From contig CANDYO010000001.1 in assembly GCA_947424995.1 (NCBI GenBank), positions 1 to 35,413 on the forward strand: DNA of 35,413 bases, in the 5' to 3' direction. The notes beneath the pieces were generated by a model that was given only the letters and a program-made list of their open reading frames with translations, was not told the DNA's origin and ran no database searches. Source of the stretch: Rickettsiales bacterium (GTDB lineage: Bacteria; Pseudomonadota; Alphaproteobacteria; Rickettsiales; CANDYO01). Both the position numbers and the translations under genes were made by a program. Shown here in pieces: positions 18,720 through 28,542 of this stretch (position 1 is the stretch's first letter; each line of letters starts with the position of its first letter).

Positions 18720-21032
18720 ATGGCTACAGATGAAAATGGTAATACTGATCTAATGCAGGCAGTATTAGGTAGAAATATTTCTGAGATAAACAGACTTACC
18801 GGCATAATAAGTGATGAAGAAAAAGAAGCTGTAAATAACAAAGGTTATACAGCATTAATGCTTGCTACCATACATGGTCTTTTAAAAGAAATGCAAGCAT
18901 TGATAAATGGTGGTGTGGATATTGAAACAACTGACTCTAGAGGTTATACAGCTTTACTTATAGGCGCTGAGCAAAATATGCTTGAATCTTTAGAAAAGCT
19001 TAGAGAAAATGGCGCAAATATGAGAGCGCTAAATGAGTTTGGTCAGACGGGCATAATGATCGCAGCTGAATTAAATCATCTTGATGCTATAGAGGTTCTT
19101 ACAGAGATAGAAAGCGAAGAAAATACGGAAATCATGGAAATTACGGATGGCCGAGGCTATACCGCCATAATGCTTGCTGCTGAGCAAGGTCATGCTCCTG
19201 CTACAAGAGTGTTACGAGCTAATGGAGCAAATGTAAACGCTGTGGATAACAGAGGCTATAATGCTGTAATGATTGCTGCTGAATTAGATCATGCTAATGT
19301 CATCGAAGCGCTCGCCGAAGATATGTCTACAGAGGAAGGAGAAGATCTGGGTGTAGACCTAGAAGCTAGAAGTAATGAAGATTATACAGCTACAATGATT
19401 GCTGCTAAAAAGAATAAAGTAGCAGCTTTAAAAGTTCTCTTAGATAATGACGCTAATGTTGATGCTAGAACTTATGATGGAGGTCTAACCGCTTTAATTA
19501 TTGCGCTTCAAAGAAATAAGACTGAAGCAGCCTTATTGCTTTTAGAATATGGAGCTTCTGTGAATTCTGTAGAAGGAAGTGATGAAGGTTCTTCAGAGGA
19601 AGGAAGTGATGAAGGTTCTTCGGAGAAAGAAAGTGATGAAAATTCTGTAAAGGATGATGGTTTAAGGCCACTAATGTGCGCTTCGCATCATGGTAATATT
19701 GATATGATTAAAAGGCTTATGGCCAAAGGAGCTAATATTAATGATGTAAGTGGAGGTGAAAGTGGAGGTGGTGAATCTGCTCTCTCAGCTGCAGTTGAGG
19801 CAAAAAAAATAGAAGCTATTGAATTTCTTGCAGCTAATGGTGCTGAAGTAAGTGAGGTATATGAAAATGAAGAGTTAGATAGGATTATTGTTGCTAATCA
19901 GCCAATTTTTTATTTATTAAATACTGCAGAAATTATTGATAGAATTTTTGCTGGCGAAGAATTAGCAGAACAAGAAGAAGAATTTATTACCAACGTCAAT
20001 AATCAATTTAATTGGGATTTAGCAGCTAAACGTTTGGTGTCTTTATGCATTATAAATAGTGAAGGTGATATAGATAAGGCTGAGCAATTATTTCGTGATA
20101 GTTTTCCTCGTTGGTCACGCATAGCAAGAGAAGATATTAATCTAAGTGAAGTTATTGCAGAGTTATTATCAATTCCAACTGACTATTTAAACCTAGGGCA
20201 TGTAGAAACTCTTGGTCATCTTCGCGTCATTAGCGAATCTTTATATGAAGATGCTGTTGGTCCAGTATATAAAAAAAGGGCTCGTGAGGATGATTGGATG
20301 ACATTGCCAAGAAGACAGTATGTAAGAACTGATAGAGATGAAGAAGACGAAGAAAGCCAATCATCTACGGAGATTGATGAAGATAATGTAAGTGATGGAG
20401 AAGATGATCCTGAAGAATTATCTGGCGAAGAAGGTGAAAATGATGCTAATGATACACTAGCTTCGGGACAGATTATCACTGATGGTAATACTCAGGCTAC
20501 TCAACAAGGAAGCTCTTCATTAAACACGCTAAGCGATGAGCAAGAGAAAGCTGAGAAGCAAATCGTAATAGTGGAAACTAAAGTTGAAGATAATGTTGAT
20601 CTTAATACATGGCTTGAAACTATGTTTGCTGGTTGGGGAGATATGCCACAATGGATGCAAGATAACATTATTAACTCATCCCCTGTGCAAGCTATACTTC
20701 AATCCATAACAGAAAAAGAAGCTATATATAATCCTAAATCTATAGCAGATAAATTTGCAGAAATATTTGTTATTGAAAAGAGAGATGATGAAAGCGAATC
20801 TACTCAAGATAATAGTAACGAAAAAGCTACTTGTGCAAAAGTTCCTTTGGAATTAGTTGATGCAAGCTTTATGGATAATGCATATAAAGTAGGTACTGTT
20901 ATTGTACCGATATTAGCTGGGTGTCTTTTTCCAGCAATAGCTTCAGGTGCATTTGGTAAAATGCCTTTTGGAAGTCTAGTGGAAGCGGTTTCAGATATAA
21001 TTGGTGAAATTACATTTTTAGAGCTGCAGTAG
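18720..21032 (+). CDS. ankyrin-repeat protein with acidic linker regions and a C-terminal hydrophobic segment
   Basis: About 10 ANK units (G.TALM.AA......V..L...GA.V). Acidic and Ser-rich tracts. C-terminal VGTVIVPILAGCLFPAIASGAFG. AGGAG RBS. Confidence 0.9.
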   Translation: MATDENGNTDLMQAVLGRNISEINRLTGIISDEEKEAVNNKGYTALMLATIHGLLKEMQALINGGVDIETTDSRGYTALLIGAEQNMLESLEKLRENGANMRALNEFGQTGIMIAAELNHLDAIEVLTEIESEENTEIMEITDGRGYTAIMLAAEQGHAPATRVLRANGANVNAVDNRGYNAVMIAAELDHANVIEALAEDMSTEEGEDLGVDLEARSNEDYTATMIAAKKNKVAALKVLLDNDANVDARTYDGGLTALIIALQRNKTEAALLLLEYGASVNSVEGSDEGSSEEGSDEGSSEKESDENSVKDDGLRPLMCASHHGNIDMIKRLMAKGANINDVSGGESGGGESALSAAVEAKKIEAIEFLAANGAEVSEVYENEELDRIIVANQPIFYLLNTAEIIDRIFAGEELAEQEEEFITNVNNQFNWDLAAKRLVSLCIINSEGDIDKAEQLFRDSFPRWSRIAREDINLSEVIAELLSIPTDYLNLGHVETLGHLRVISESLYEDAVGPVYKKRAREDDWMTLPRRQYVRTDRDEEDEESQSSTEIDEDNVSDGEDDPEELSGEEGENDANDTLASGQIITDGNTQATQQGSSSLNTLSDEQEKAEKQIVIVETKVEDNVDLNTWLETMFAGWGDMPQWMQDNIINSSPVQAILQSITEKEAIYNPKSIADKFAEIFVIEKRDDESESTQDNSNEKATCAKVPLELVDASFMDNAYKVGTVIVPILAGCLFPAIASGAFGKMPFGSLVEAVSDIIGEITFLELQ
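19572..19650 (+). repeat. 27-nt in-frame tandem repeat (EGSDEGSSE), 2 copies plus a degenerate third
   Basis: gaaggaagtgatgaaggttcttc.gag is repeated at 19572-19598 and 19599-19625, followed by a diverged copy. Confidence 0.8.
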
Positions 21033-21055
21033 AAGCAGTCTAGCGCTGCTTTTTG
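21033..21055 (+). terminator. candidate rho-independent terminator after the ankyrin gene
   Basis: Stem aagcag / ctgctt, 7-nt loop, then TTTT. It begins directly after the stop codon. Confidence 0.5.
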
Positions 21056-21070
21056 TCTTAAAGTTAAAAT

Positions 21071-21105
21071 CGACGTCATTTTCGCCAAGCTAGCTTGGCG
21101 AGAAT
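21071..21105. repeat. RPE-like remnant containing a perfect 20-bp palindrome
   Basis: A cgacgtcat start like the other elements. tcgccaagctagcttggcga (21082-21101) is perfectly self-complementary. Confidence 0.5.
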
Positions 21106-21128
21106 TTAAAAAAAAATCGTAATGTCTT

Positions 21129-21548
21129 TTAATTAAAGCATGCGCTTAAATCATCAGATGCGCCAAGTTCTTGCAGGTTTTTTACCAATTCAAAAATATC
21201 TGGTGTATAAAGATTTCCACTAAAGTAATCTTCTGAAGTTAAATATTCATGTACTTTTTCATCAGAGTTCATTAACTCTAAAAGGAATTTTGCATTTGGT
21301 GTTTGGCTGTGATCAATAGCGTTAGTCGAAAAATCAAGTTTATATTGAAAAACGCCTCTGAGAGCATGCACTGCATGTGGAGAAGCTGTTTCTGAATCAT
21401 ATCTTAATATGGCTTGTATAGAGCATTCCAACGCAAGGCTTGATTTACCTTGAGTCATGTAATTTGTAGTCAATTCGTAAATATATTGGTCGCCACCGCC
21501 ATTTTTAAACGCTTCTATTAAATTTTCATTAGAAGTTATGATAGCCAT
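21129..21548 (-). CDS. hypothetical protein
   Basis: 139-aa ORF with GGAGA 9 nt upstream. It immediately follows the lipoprotein gene on the same strand. Confidence 0.5.
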   Translation of the reverse strand: MAIITSNENLIEAFKNGGGDQYIYELTTNYMTQGKSSLALECSIQAILRYDSETASPHAVHALRGVFQYKLDFSTNAIDHSQTPNAKFLLELMNSDEKVHEYLTSEDYFSGNLYTPDIFELVKNLQELGASDDLSACFN

Positions 21549-21600
21549 ACTTATTTCTCCATATAATTTTTTGTAATAGTTTTAAAATTATTTTTTAACA

Positions 21601-22386
21601 TTATTTTTTAACATCTTTTTTAGGAAGAGGTTTTGGTTTAATTGGCATATTTCTAGCTTGTAGAGGTTTAAGAATGTCAGCAATCATTCCATCTATGCGT
21701 TTAATATCGTCTTTATCTGTTTGAGTGCCATTAAATAAACCTAATATGCTATGTCCCATATTACTCCATAATAAGTTACCATTCTTAGCATCGATAATTG
21801 CAATTAGCATAGTTGCAGAATCAGAGTTATCAAGGGCATTAGAGTATCCAGTGAGCATGGCTCCAATAAAATCAGCTGTTCTGGCGCCATTAGTTTTGAT
21901 GGCTCCACTATAGTCAGTGATCAATATTAGATCACTATGAGTTTTTTCACCTAATTCGATAGCTATTTTGCCTAAATTTTGGTTAATAGAAAATGCTTTT
22001 TCCTCTTCCCATCTAGCTGGAGTATATAATTCTTTACTGACTAGAGCATATTCATCTCTAAGCGGCATTACTAAGTTATTAAGATGCTGTTCGGCAATCG
22101 TTTTTTTATGTAATAGTTGAACTCTATATCCTTTCTCTGCAATAGCTGCAACCATTTGTCTTTGGATTAAATCTTCCAAATTAAACTCGTAATCATACAT
22201 TTTTTCTTTGCTGCCGAAAGCTCCTACGGTATGAATAGTAGCCACTGGAGGAATGATCAATACTTCATTATGTCTAATTATTTCAGTTTCATAGCCCGCA
22301 TGATAACGCTCTAAAGTTGTAGGTTTAGCACAACCTATGGTGGACATAATAATGAAGGCTAGAAAAAATATATTTAAAAGACGCAT
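21601..22386 (-). CDS. hypothetical lipoprotein
   Basis: MRLLNIFFLAFIIMSTIGC is a signal peptide with a lipobox Cys. I prefer the ATG at 22386 over the ORF-track TTG at 22395. Confidence 0.6.
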   Translation of the reverse strand: MRLLNIFFLAFIIMSTIGCAKPTTLERYHAGYETEIIRHNEVLIIPPVATIHTVGAFGSKEKMYDYEFNLEDLIQRQMVAAIAEKGYRVQLLHKKTIAEQHLNNLVMPLRDEYALVSKELYTPARWEEEKAFSINQNLGKIAIELGEKTHSDLILITDYSGAIKTNGARTADFIGAMLTGYSNALDNSDSATMLIAIIDAKNGNLLWSNMGHSILGLFNGTQTDKDDIKRIDGMIADILKPLQARNMPIKPKPLPKKDVKK

Positions 22387-22449
22387 AAAACTCAACCATT
22401 AAATAAGGTTATACCCATGCTCATTTAAGAGCATGAATGGGAGGGTTAA

Positions 22450-22983
22450 TTATTTCGCAGCAATAACTCTGGTGCGTTTATCAGAGAAAATAATATATAC
22501 TTTTTGTCCTACTGGAAGTGGATTATCAACGCCTTGAACAACAGTTACTAGACCGCTAGTAGTTGCAGAAGAAATTGCATTGCGCATTGAAGCACTTCCA
22601 CCGTAGTAATTATCTTTTAAGTTAGTAGTATCCACTTTTACTATATATTCTAAGCCTTTACTTTCGCCTAGTTTTTGTTGTAATGCAGCTCCACCTAAGC
22701 CGCCAGCTATTGCTCCACCAACAGTAGCTATGCTGTTGCCACGTCCAACACTATCAGCTATTACGCCTCCTAAAATTCCTCCCGCTAGCATTCCACCCAT
22801 GTTATCAGACATTTTATCGGTATCTTTAACAGTGACTGGACGAACGTCTACAATATGACCTTCAAGAGTTGAGCTTAAAGTTGAATCGCTAGTATATGTA
22901 TTACTTGACAGATCACGAGCACAACTAGATAAAAGTGTTGATAAAGCGATAAATAGCATTAGATTGCGAAAAAATATTTTCAT
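22450..22983 (-). CDS. slyB: SlyB/Pcp-like glycine-zipper outer-membrane lipoprotein
   Basis: Lipobox LLSSC. Y.S......L.G.IV.VRPV, then a Gly-zipper (GGMLAGGILGGVIADSVG...GGAIAGGLGGAA), then a C-terminal beta domain. This is the same layout as E. coli SlyB. Confidence 0.7.
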   Translation of the reverse strand: MKIFFRNLMLFIALSTLLSSCARDLSSNTYTSDSTLSSTLEGHIVDVRPVTVKDTDKMSDNMGGMLAGGILGGVIADSVGRGNSIATVGGAIAGGLGGAALQQKLGESKGLEYIVKVDTTNLKDNYYGGSASMRNAISSATTSGLVTVVQGVDNPLPVGQKVYIIFSDKRTRVIAAK

Positions 22984-23121
22984 ATAAGATCCTATGATTG
23001 ATGATGTTAAGCCTAATATTATTGTTATGTAATATAACTTATAGATAAAATTTTGTAAACTAATAAATTTTTTGAAATAACTGCAATTATTAATGACAAT
23101 TTTAAAAATCTATAGTAAACA

Positions 23122-23364
23122 ATGTCTCAAATTATTAATGATATTAAAAATATGACCATAAATAAAAAAGCCCTTTTTCAATCTGCTACTAATATTGCTT
23201 TGGTGATAACAAGAGAAAAAAAGCCTTATGAAGCTATTTTTAAGTTAAGTGCAATATTTAGTAAATACTTAGTTAATAAATTTGAAGGTATAGATTTAAG
23301 ACTTCCTGATGAATCTTTTGGACCGATTAAGCCATTATTTAAAGATGATTATGATGATTTTTAA
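23122..23364 (+). CDS. small hypothetical ORF whose stop codon lies in the first 3 nt of a repeat element
   Basis: 80-aa ORF with no clear RBS. Coding status is uncertain. Confidence 0.3.
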   Translation: MSQIINDIKNMTINKKALFQSATNIALVITREKKPYEAIFKLSAIFSKYLVNKFEGIDLRLPDESFGPIKPLFKDDYDDF

Positions 23365-23493
23365 TACCAATTCCCATAATTAATTATACTTATCTAATTT
23401 ATCATCTATTCAGGTGCTCACCTACTAAAATGTAGGCTGCATCCCTTCACGATTCAAATAGAATAAGTCTATTTTAATTCTGGAAATGGTATA
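23362..23493 (+). repeat. 132-nt structured palindromic element, copy 1
   Basis: Ungapped match to 25464-25595 with 9 mismatches in 132 nt. Termini ataccaattcc / ggaaatggtat are inverted. Internal hairpin cctac-taaaat-gtagg. Confidence 0.8.
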
Positions 23494-23532
23494 GGTTAGT
23501 GGGATTTGAGTGGAAAATAGTGTAAAAATAAT

Positions 23533-23661
23533 GCGATGATGTCACCCTTGGACGAGCAAAGCGAAGTCCGAGGGTCCAGATTAAATATCTTACAGCTTTG
23601 AATGTTTAAGGATTTTAAAAGATTTCAACTGGACCCTCGGCCTACGGCCAAGGGTGACGCC
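23533..23661. repeat. RPE-like palindromic element, full copy of the gtcaccc family
   Basis: tgtcacccttgg / ccaagggtgacg and cgagggtccag / ctggaccctcg are inverted repeats. Its 5' part recurs at 29031 and 35370. Confidence 0.8.
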
Positions 23662-23706
23662 TATTATTGACTTTAGATTAAAAACCATCTTTTAGTAATT
23701 AAATGT

Positions 23707-24972
23707 CTAACCATGATAATTATTGATTCGCTCTTCAATCATCGGTCTGAAATGGCGAACCAATCCTTGAATAGGCCAAGCGGCTGCATCGCCAAAGGCG
23801 CAAATGGTATGGCCTTCAATTTGTTTGCTTATTTCAATTAAACGATCTATCTCAGCAATTTTAGCATTGCCTTCAACAAAGCGCATCATTATTCGCCACA
23901 TCCACCCGGTACCTTCACGGCATGGAGTGCATTGCCCGCAAGATTCATGCATATAAAATTTACTAAGCCGAGCGATGGCATAGATAAGGTCAGTTGATTT
24001 GTTCATTACGATTACAGAGGCAGTTCCAAGTCCAGACTGTACTGCCCTTAAGCTATCAAAGTCCATTAAAATAGTATCGCAAATTTGCTTAGGAATCATT
24101 GGTACTGATGACCCACCTGGAATTACGGCAAGTAAATTATCCCAACCACCAATCACTCCGCCTGCATGTTTTTCGATTAATTCTTTTAAGGGGATGCCCA
24201 TTTCTTCTTCAACATTGCATGGTTTATTAATATGTCCAGAGACAGAAAATATTTTAGTACCAGTGTTATTGGGGCGACCAAGCCCTGCAAACCATTCAGC
24301 GCCGCGTTTTAAAATTGTTGGAACTACAGCGATGGATTCAACATTATTAATGGTGGTTGGACAGCCATAAAGGCCAGCACCAGCAGGGAAAGGAGGTTTC
24401 ATTCTGGGCATGCCTTTTTTACCCTCTAAGCTTTCTATTAGAGCAGTTTCTTCTCCACAAATATAAGCGCCAGCACCACGGTGCAGATATATATCTATGT
24501 CATAACCAGATTTGCAAGCATTTTTGCCGATCATGCCTTTGGCATAAGCTTCATCAATCGCTTGTTGGAGGATTACAGCTTCAGCGTAAAATTCGCCACG
24601 AATATAGATATAACAAACATTAGCACCAATAGCTAAGCTACCAATAACACAGCCTTCTAATAATTTATGCGGTTCATTACGCATAATTTCACGGTCTTTG
24701 CAGGCGCCAGGTTCGCTTTCATCAGCGTTGACTAATAAATAGTGAGGTTTTCCTGAATCTTTAGGCATAAAAGACCATTTCATTCCAGTAGAAAAACCAG
24801 CTCCACCTCTGCCGCGTAGGCCTGAGGCTTTTGTTTGCTCAATAATCCATTCGCGCCCCTTCGCTAAGATATCTTTAGTGCCTACCCAATCTCCACGCTC
24901 TTGGGCCGCTTTAATGCCAATGTCTTTAAAGCCATGTAAATTGGTGAAAATGAGGTTTTCTTCTTTTAGCAT
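23707..24972 (-). CDS. nuoF: NADH-quinone oxidoreductase subunit F
   Basis: GRGGAGF, FMN/NADH-site motifs, and the 4Fe-4S motif [12 protein letters not shown]. 421 aa. Confidence 0.95.
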   Translation of the reverse strand: MLKEENLIFTNLHGFKDIGIKAAQERGDWVGTKDILAKGREWIIEQTKASGLRGRGGAGFSTGMKWSFMPKDSGKPHYLLVNADESEPGACKDREIMRNEPHKLLEGCVIGSLAIGANVCYIYIRGEFYAEAVILQQAIDEAYAKGMIGKNACKSGYDIDIYLHRGAGAYICGEETALIESLEGKKGMPRMKPPFPAGAGLYGCPTTINNVESIAVVPTILKRGAEWFAGLGRPNNTGTKIFSVSGHINKPCNVEEEMGIPLKELIEKHAGGVIGGWDNLLAVIPGGSSVPMIPKQICDTILMDFDSLRAVQSGLGTASVIVMNKSTDLIYAIARLSKFYMHESCGQCTPCREGTGWMWRIMMRFVEGNAKIAEIDRLIEISKQIEGHTICAFGDAAAWPIQGLVRHFRPMIEERINNYHG

Positions 24973-25238
24973 TATGGTTCCTTATATCAATAATCCTATG
25001 GATTATATAATAATTTTATTAGAACCACAATTGTCCATTAAAATATTTTTAACCTCATTTACAAATGTAATTAGTGAGATATTAAACTACATTTAAACTT
25101 ATGACTTAAGTTAAGAGGCTTAATCTTTATTATTGACAGAGTAATATTTTAGTATAGATTAAAATATCTCGTAACAACTAATAAATTTACTATTTTTTAT
25201 TTAGTAAGTTAATAAAAATAAATAGGAAAAATTTATCA

Positions 25239-25466
25239 ATGTCAATTTCAACAACAAAAGAAAATATTCAAATATTCTGCAGTAAGAATAAACAATCTGC
25301 AAAAAATATAGTTTATATCCCTGAAAAAAAAATACCATGTATTGCTGGTAATGCCACATGTCCAGAAGGATATAAATTAGACAAATTTCTGTGCTGGGAT
25401 AAGCCTCTTTATGGAGAGGTGATCTCATCATATTGTTGTGTTTATCAAGGTGATAGTGAGATATAA
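25239..25466 (+). CDS. small Cys-rich hypothetical ORF between nuoE and nuoF, antisense to the nuo direction
   Basis: 75 aa with 7 Cys. Weak RBS. Its stop codon lies in the first 3 nt of the repeat element. Coding status is uncertain. Confidence 0.35.
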   Translation: MSISTTKENIQIFCSKNKQSAKNIVYIPEKKIPCIAGNATCPEGYKLDKFLCWDKPLYGEVISSYCCVYQGDSEI

Positions 25467-25595
25467 TACCAATTCCAACAATTAAGTATACTTATCCAAT
25501 TTATCATCGATTCAGGTGCTCACCTACTAAAATGTAGGCTGCGCGCCTTCACGATTCAAATCGAATAAGTCTATTTTAATTCTGGAAATGGTATA
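25464..25595 (+). repeat. 132-nt structured palindromic element, copy 2
   Basis: Direct repeat of 23362-23493, 2102 bp away. Confidence 0.8.
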
Positions 25596-25680
25596 ATTAC
25601 AAATAAGAAGGAAAGATTATCAGGCTCTAAATGTAAAGTAGATAATTTTTCCTTTAGCTGAATTATTAATATCGTATGTA

Positions 25681-26259
25681 CTAACTAGCTTCTGAAGATT
25701 TTCGTCCTGTTTGAGAACCTATTTTTACTTCTTTGCCTTTGCTTAAATTATCTAAAATTTTTGCCATCGATTTTGAATCTAGATCTTCATAAAAATCATC
25801 ATTAATTTGGATCATTGGTGCATTAGCGCAAGCGCCTAAGCATTCAACTTCACAGAGGCTGAACATTCCATCAGAAGTTTTTTCGCCTAGATCAATCCCC
25901 AATTTTTCTTTGCAGGTATTTTTGATATCATCAGCTCCACGTAGCCAACATGGAGTAGTTCCACATAATTGAATATGATATTTACCCACTGGGCTTAAAT
26001 TAAACATAGTATAAAAAGTGGCTATTTCAAAAACGCGCATTGGCGGCATCGAAAGAATTTCACCAACATAATCTATCGCTGCCATCGGTAGCCAATTATG
26101 ATGCTGTCTTTGCGCAAGTTCTAATAAAGGTAATACTGCACTTGCTTGACGACCCACTGGGTATTTAGCAATATGCTTTTTCGCGAGTTCCAAATTTTCT
26201 TTTGTAAACACAAAAGATTCTGGCTGTTCTTCTTTCGGTGCTGGCTGTCTAACGCTCAT
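25681..26259 (-). CDS. nuoE: NADH-quinone oxidoreductase subunit E
   Basis: 2Fe-2S ligand pattern: CGTTPC...CEVECLGAC. Confidence 0.95.
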   Translation of the reverse strand: MSVRQPAPKEEQPESFVFTKENLELAKKHIAKYPVGRQASAVLPLLELAQRQHHNWLPMAAIDYVGEILSMPPMRVFEIATFYTMFNLSPVGKYHIQLCGTTPCWLRGADDIKNTCKEKLGIDLGEKTSDGMFSLCEVECLGACANAPMIQINDDFYEDLDSKSMAKILDNLSKGKEVKIGSQTGRKSSEAS

Positions 26260-27437
26260 CGATCAATTTCTCCAAAAACAACATCTAAACTACTAATATT
26301 GGTCACTACGTCAGCAAGCATATGGCCACGTGACATAAAGTCAAGCCCTTGTAAGTGAGCAAAGCCAGGTGCTTTGATCCGACAGCGATATGGTTTATTA
26401 GTTCCATCAGCTACTAAGAATACGCCAAATTCACCTTTAGGTGCTTCCACCGCTACATAAGTTTCCCCAGCCGGTACATGATAGCCTTCAGTATATAATT
26501 TAAAGTGATGGATTAATGCTTCCATTGAATGTTTCATTTCTGCTCTTGGAGGAGGAGCTATTTTACGGTCTTCGGTTTTGACATCTCCTGTAGGCATTTT
26601 ATCAATACATTGTTTGATAATTCGCAATGATTGATACATTTCTTCAATTCTTAGCAGGTAACGATCATAACAATCACCATTTTTACCGATTGGGATATCA
26701 AAGTCTAATTCACTATAAACATCATATGGTTGGCTTTTACGTAAATCCCAAGCAAAACCTGAACCACGCAACATTACCCCACTAAATCCCCAATCAAGAG
26801 CTTGCTCCTTAGTTACTATTCCTATATCAACAGTTCGCTGTTTAAAGATCCGATTATTGGTTAGTAAATTTTCAGTATCATGAAGGATCTTTGGAAAGCT
26901 TTCAGCAAAAGCGGCTATTTCTTCTAGCAATCCCGCTGGTAAATCTTGCGAAACTCCACCTGGACGAAAATAAGCAGCATGCATTCTTGAGCCTGAGACT
27001 TTTTCGTAGAAAGTCATAATTTTTTCGCGCTCTTCAAAGAGCCAAAGGAGGGGGGTGGTGGCTCCCACATCCAAACCTTGAGTGCCAACATTTAAGCAAT
27101 GATTTAAAATTCTAGTAAGTTCAGAGAATAATACCCGAATATATTGACCGCGTATTGGTACTGTACAATTTAGTAATTTTTCAACTGCTAAGGCAAAAGC
27201 ATGTTCTTGGCACATTGGTGAAACATAATCCAAGCGATCAAAGTAAGGCACTGCTTGCAGATAAGTTTTATGCTCAATTAATTTTTCAGTACCACGATGA
27301 AGTAGGCCAATATGAGGATCAGCTCTAGTGATTACTTCACCATCCATTTCTAGGATCAGTCTTAAAACTCCATGAGCAGCTGGATGCTGAGGACCAAAAT
27401 TAATGGTCATATTTTTGATGTTGACTTCATTACTCAT
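26256..27437 (-). CDS. nuoD: NADH-quinone oxidoreductase subunit D
   Basis: [15 protein letters not shown], and a C-terminal VFGEIDR. Confidence 0.95.
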   Translation of the reverse strand: MSNEVNIKNMTINFGPQHPAAHGVLRLILEMDGEVITRADPHIGLLHRGTEKLIEHKTYLQAVPYFDRLDYVSPMCQEHAFALAVEKLLNCTVPIRGQYIRVLFSELTRILNHCLNVGTQGLDVGATTPLLWLFEEREKIMTFYEKVSGSRMHAAYFRPGGVSQDLPAGLLEEIAAFAESFPKILHDTENLLTNNRIFKQRTVDIGIVTKEQALDWGFSGVMLRGSGFAWDLRKSQPYDVYSELDFDIPIGKNGDCYDRYLLRIEEMYQSLRIIKQCIDKMPTGDVKTEDRKIAPPPRAEMKHSMEALIHHFKLYTEGYHVPAGETYVAVEAPKGEFGVFLVADGTNKPYRCRIKAPGFAHLQGLDFMSRGHMLADVVTNISSLDVVFGEIDR

Positions 27438-28012
27438 GTTTTTTTCTCCGCTTTTTCATCACCTGGAAGAACGTAATTTGGGCCTTCCCACGGACTTAAA
27501 AAGTCAAAACTGCGAAAATCTTGAGGTAAGCTCACCGGTTCATAGATTACTTTTTGTTGGGATTCATCATAGCGTACTTCTTTATAACCAGTAAGCGGAA
27601 AATCTTTGCGCAATGGGTGGCCTTCAAAGCCATAATCAGTAAGAATTCTTCGCAAATCTGGATTATCAATAAAGTAAATGCCAAACATATCCCATACTTC
27701 GCGCTCGTACCAAATGGCAGCGCTAAAAAGATCGGCTATTGAATCTATTTCTTGTTTATCGGCAATTGAAAATTTTACGATAATTCTTTTATTATCATAG
27801 ATATTGAGCAGATTATAGATTATTTCAAAGCGCTGCGGTCTATCTGGATAATCAACAGCAGATAAATCAGTGAGTAAATCAAATTTTATCTTTTTGAGAT
27901 AATCTATAATGTCTCTAATATCTTTCTGTCTAGCAGTTAAAGAAAGCAAGTAACCATCTTCACTTATAGTGAATAATTTATCCTTTAGAGCTTTAGTAAT
28001 TTTGTCTAACAT
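27434..28012 (-). CDS. nuoC: NADH-quinone oxidoreductase subunit C
   Basis: [35 protein letters not shown]. Confidence 0.95.
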   Translation of the reverse strand: MLDKITKALKDKLFTISEDGYLLSLTARQKDIRDIIDYLKKIKFDLLTDLSAVDYPDRPQRFEIIYNLLNIYDNKRIIVKFSIADKQEIDSIADLFSAAIWYEREVWDMFGIYFIDNPDLRRILTDYGFEGHPLRKDFPLTGYKEVRYDESQQKVIYEPVSLPQDFRSFDFLSPWEGPNYVLPGDEKAEKKT

Positions 28013-28542
28013 TAGCGTTTAATCACTCCGGTTCTTCTAATCTTTTTTTGTAATTGCATTATTCCATAAAGCAAGGCTTCGGCGGTTGGTGGGCAGCCTG
28101 GTACATATATATCGACTGGAACTACTCGATCACAACCACGCACAACGGCATAAGAATAGTGATAATATCCGCCTCCATTAGCGCAGCTTCCCATTGAAAT
28201 AACCCAACGCGGTTCAGCCATTTGGTCATATACTTTACGTAAAGCAGGAGCCATTTTATTGGTTAAGGTGCCGGCAACAATCATCACGTCTGATTGCCTC
28301 GGGCTTGGTCTAAAAACCAGTCCCAAACGATCTAGATCATATCGACTAGCGGCCGCTTGCATCATTTCCACTGCGCAGCAAGCAAGGCCAAAGGTCATTG
28401 GCCATAATGATCCTGTTCTAGCCCAATTAACTAGATCTTCCATTTTAGTAAGGATAAAGCCTTTATTGCTGAGCTCTTCACCGACCACTCCCATGGCGTA
28501 GTCTTGATTTGTTTCTAACTGCTTAAAGTCAATTGTCTTCAT
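28012..28542 (-). CDS. nuoB: NADH-quinone oxidoreductase subunit B
   Basis: [18 protein letters not shown] and PGCPP. I prefer the ATG at 28542, in an ATGA overlap with the nuoA stop, over the ORF-track start at 28569. Confidence 0.95.
   Translation of the reverse strand: MKTIDFKQLETNQDYAMGVVGEELSNKGFILTKMEDLVNWARTGSLWPMTFGLACCAVEMMQAAASRYDLDRLGLVFRPSPRQSDVMIVAGTLTNKMAPALRKVYDQMAEPRWVISMGSCANGGGYYHYSYAVVRGCDRVVPVDIYVPGCPPTAEALLYGIMQLQKKIRRTGVIKR

Noticed and set aside
14723-21913. Other embedded ORFs: 14723..14971, 15223..15408, 17720..17968, 18638..18841, 20216..20479, 20804..21088 and 21725..21913.
   Set aside because: Each lies within or antisense to a longer, better-supported gene (ybaB, smpB, the transglutaminase-like gene, the ankyrin gene, the lipoprotein gene).
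23533-23661. GC-rich structured segment considered as a possible tRNA or small RNA gene.
   Set aside because: It has no cloverleaf or T-loop (GTTCRA) pattern. It is a long imperfect palindrome with related copies at 29031 and 35370, so it is a dispersed repeat.
23999-25096. Plus-strand ORFs 23999..24370, 24357..24623 and 24878..25096.
   Set aside because: They are antisense to the highly conserved nuoF, or run out of its 5' end. They are shadow frames.
25201-25431. 76-aa minus-strand ORF overlapping the Cys-rich plus-strand ORF.
   Set aside because: It has the hydrophobic, low-complexity composition typical of AT-rich noise. Neither strand is proven coding, and I kept only the plus-strand ORF at low confidence.
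26146-28501. Plus-strand ORFs 26146..26358, 27403..27594, 27554..27742 and 28259..28501.
   Set aside because: They are antisense to conserved nuoE, nuoD, nuoC and nuoB coding sequence.
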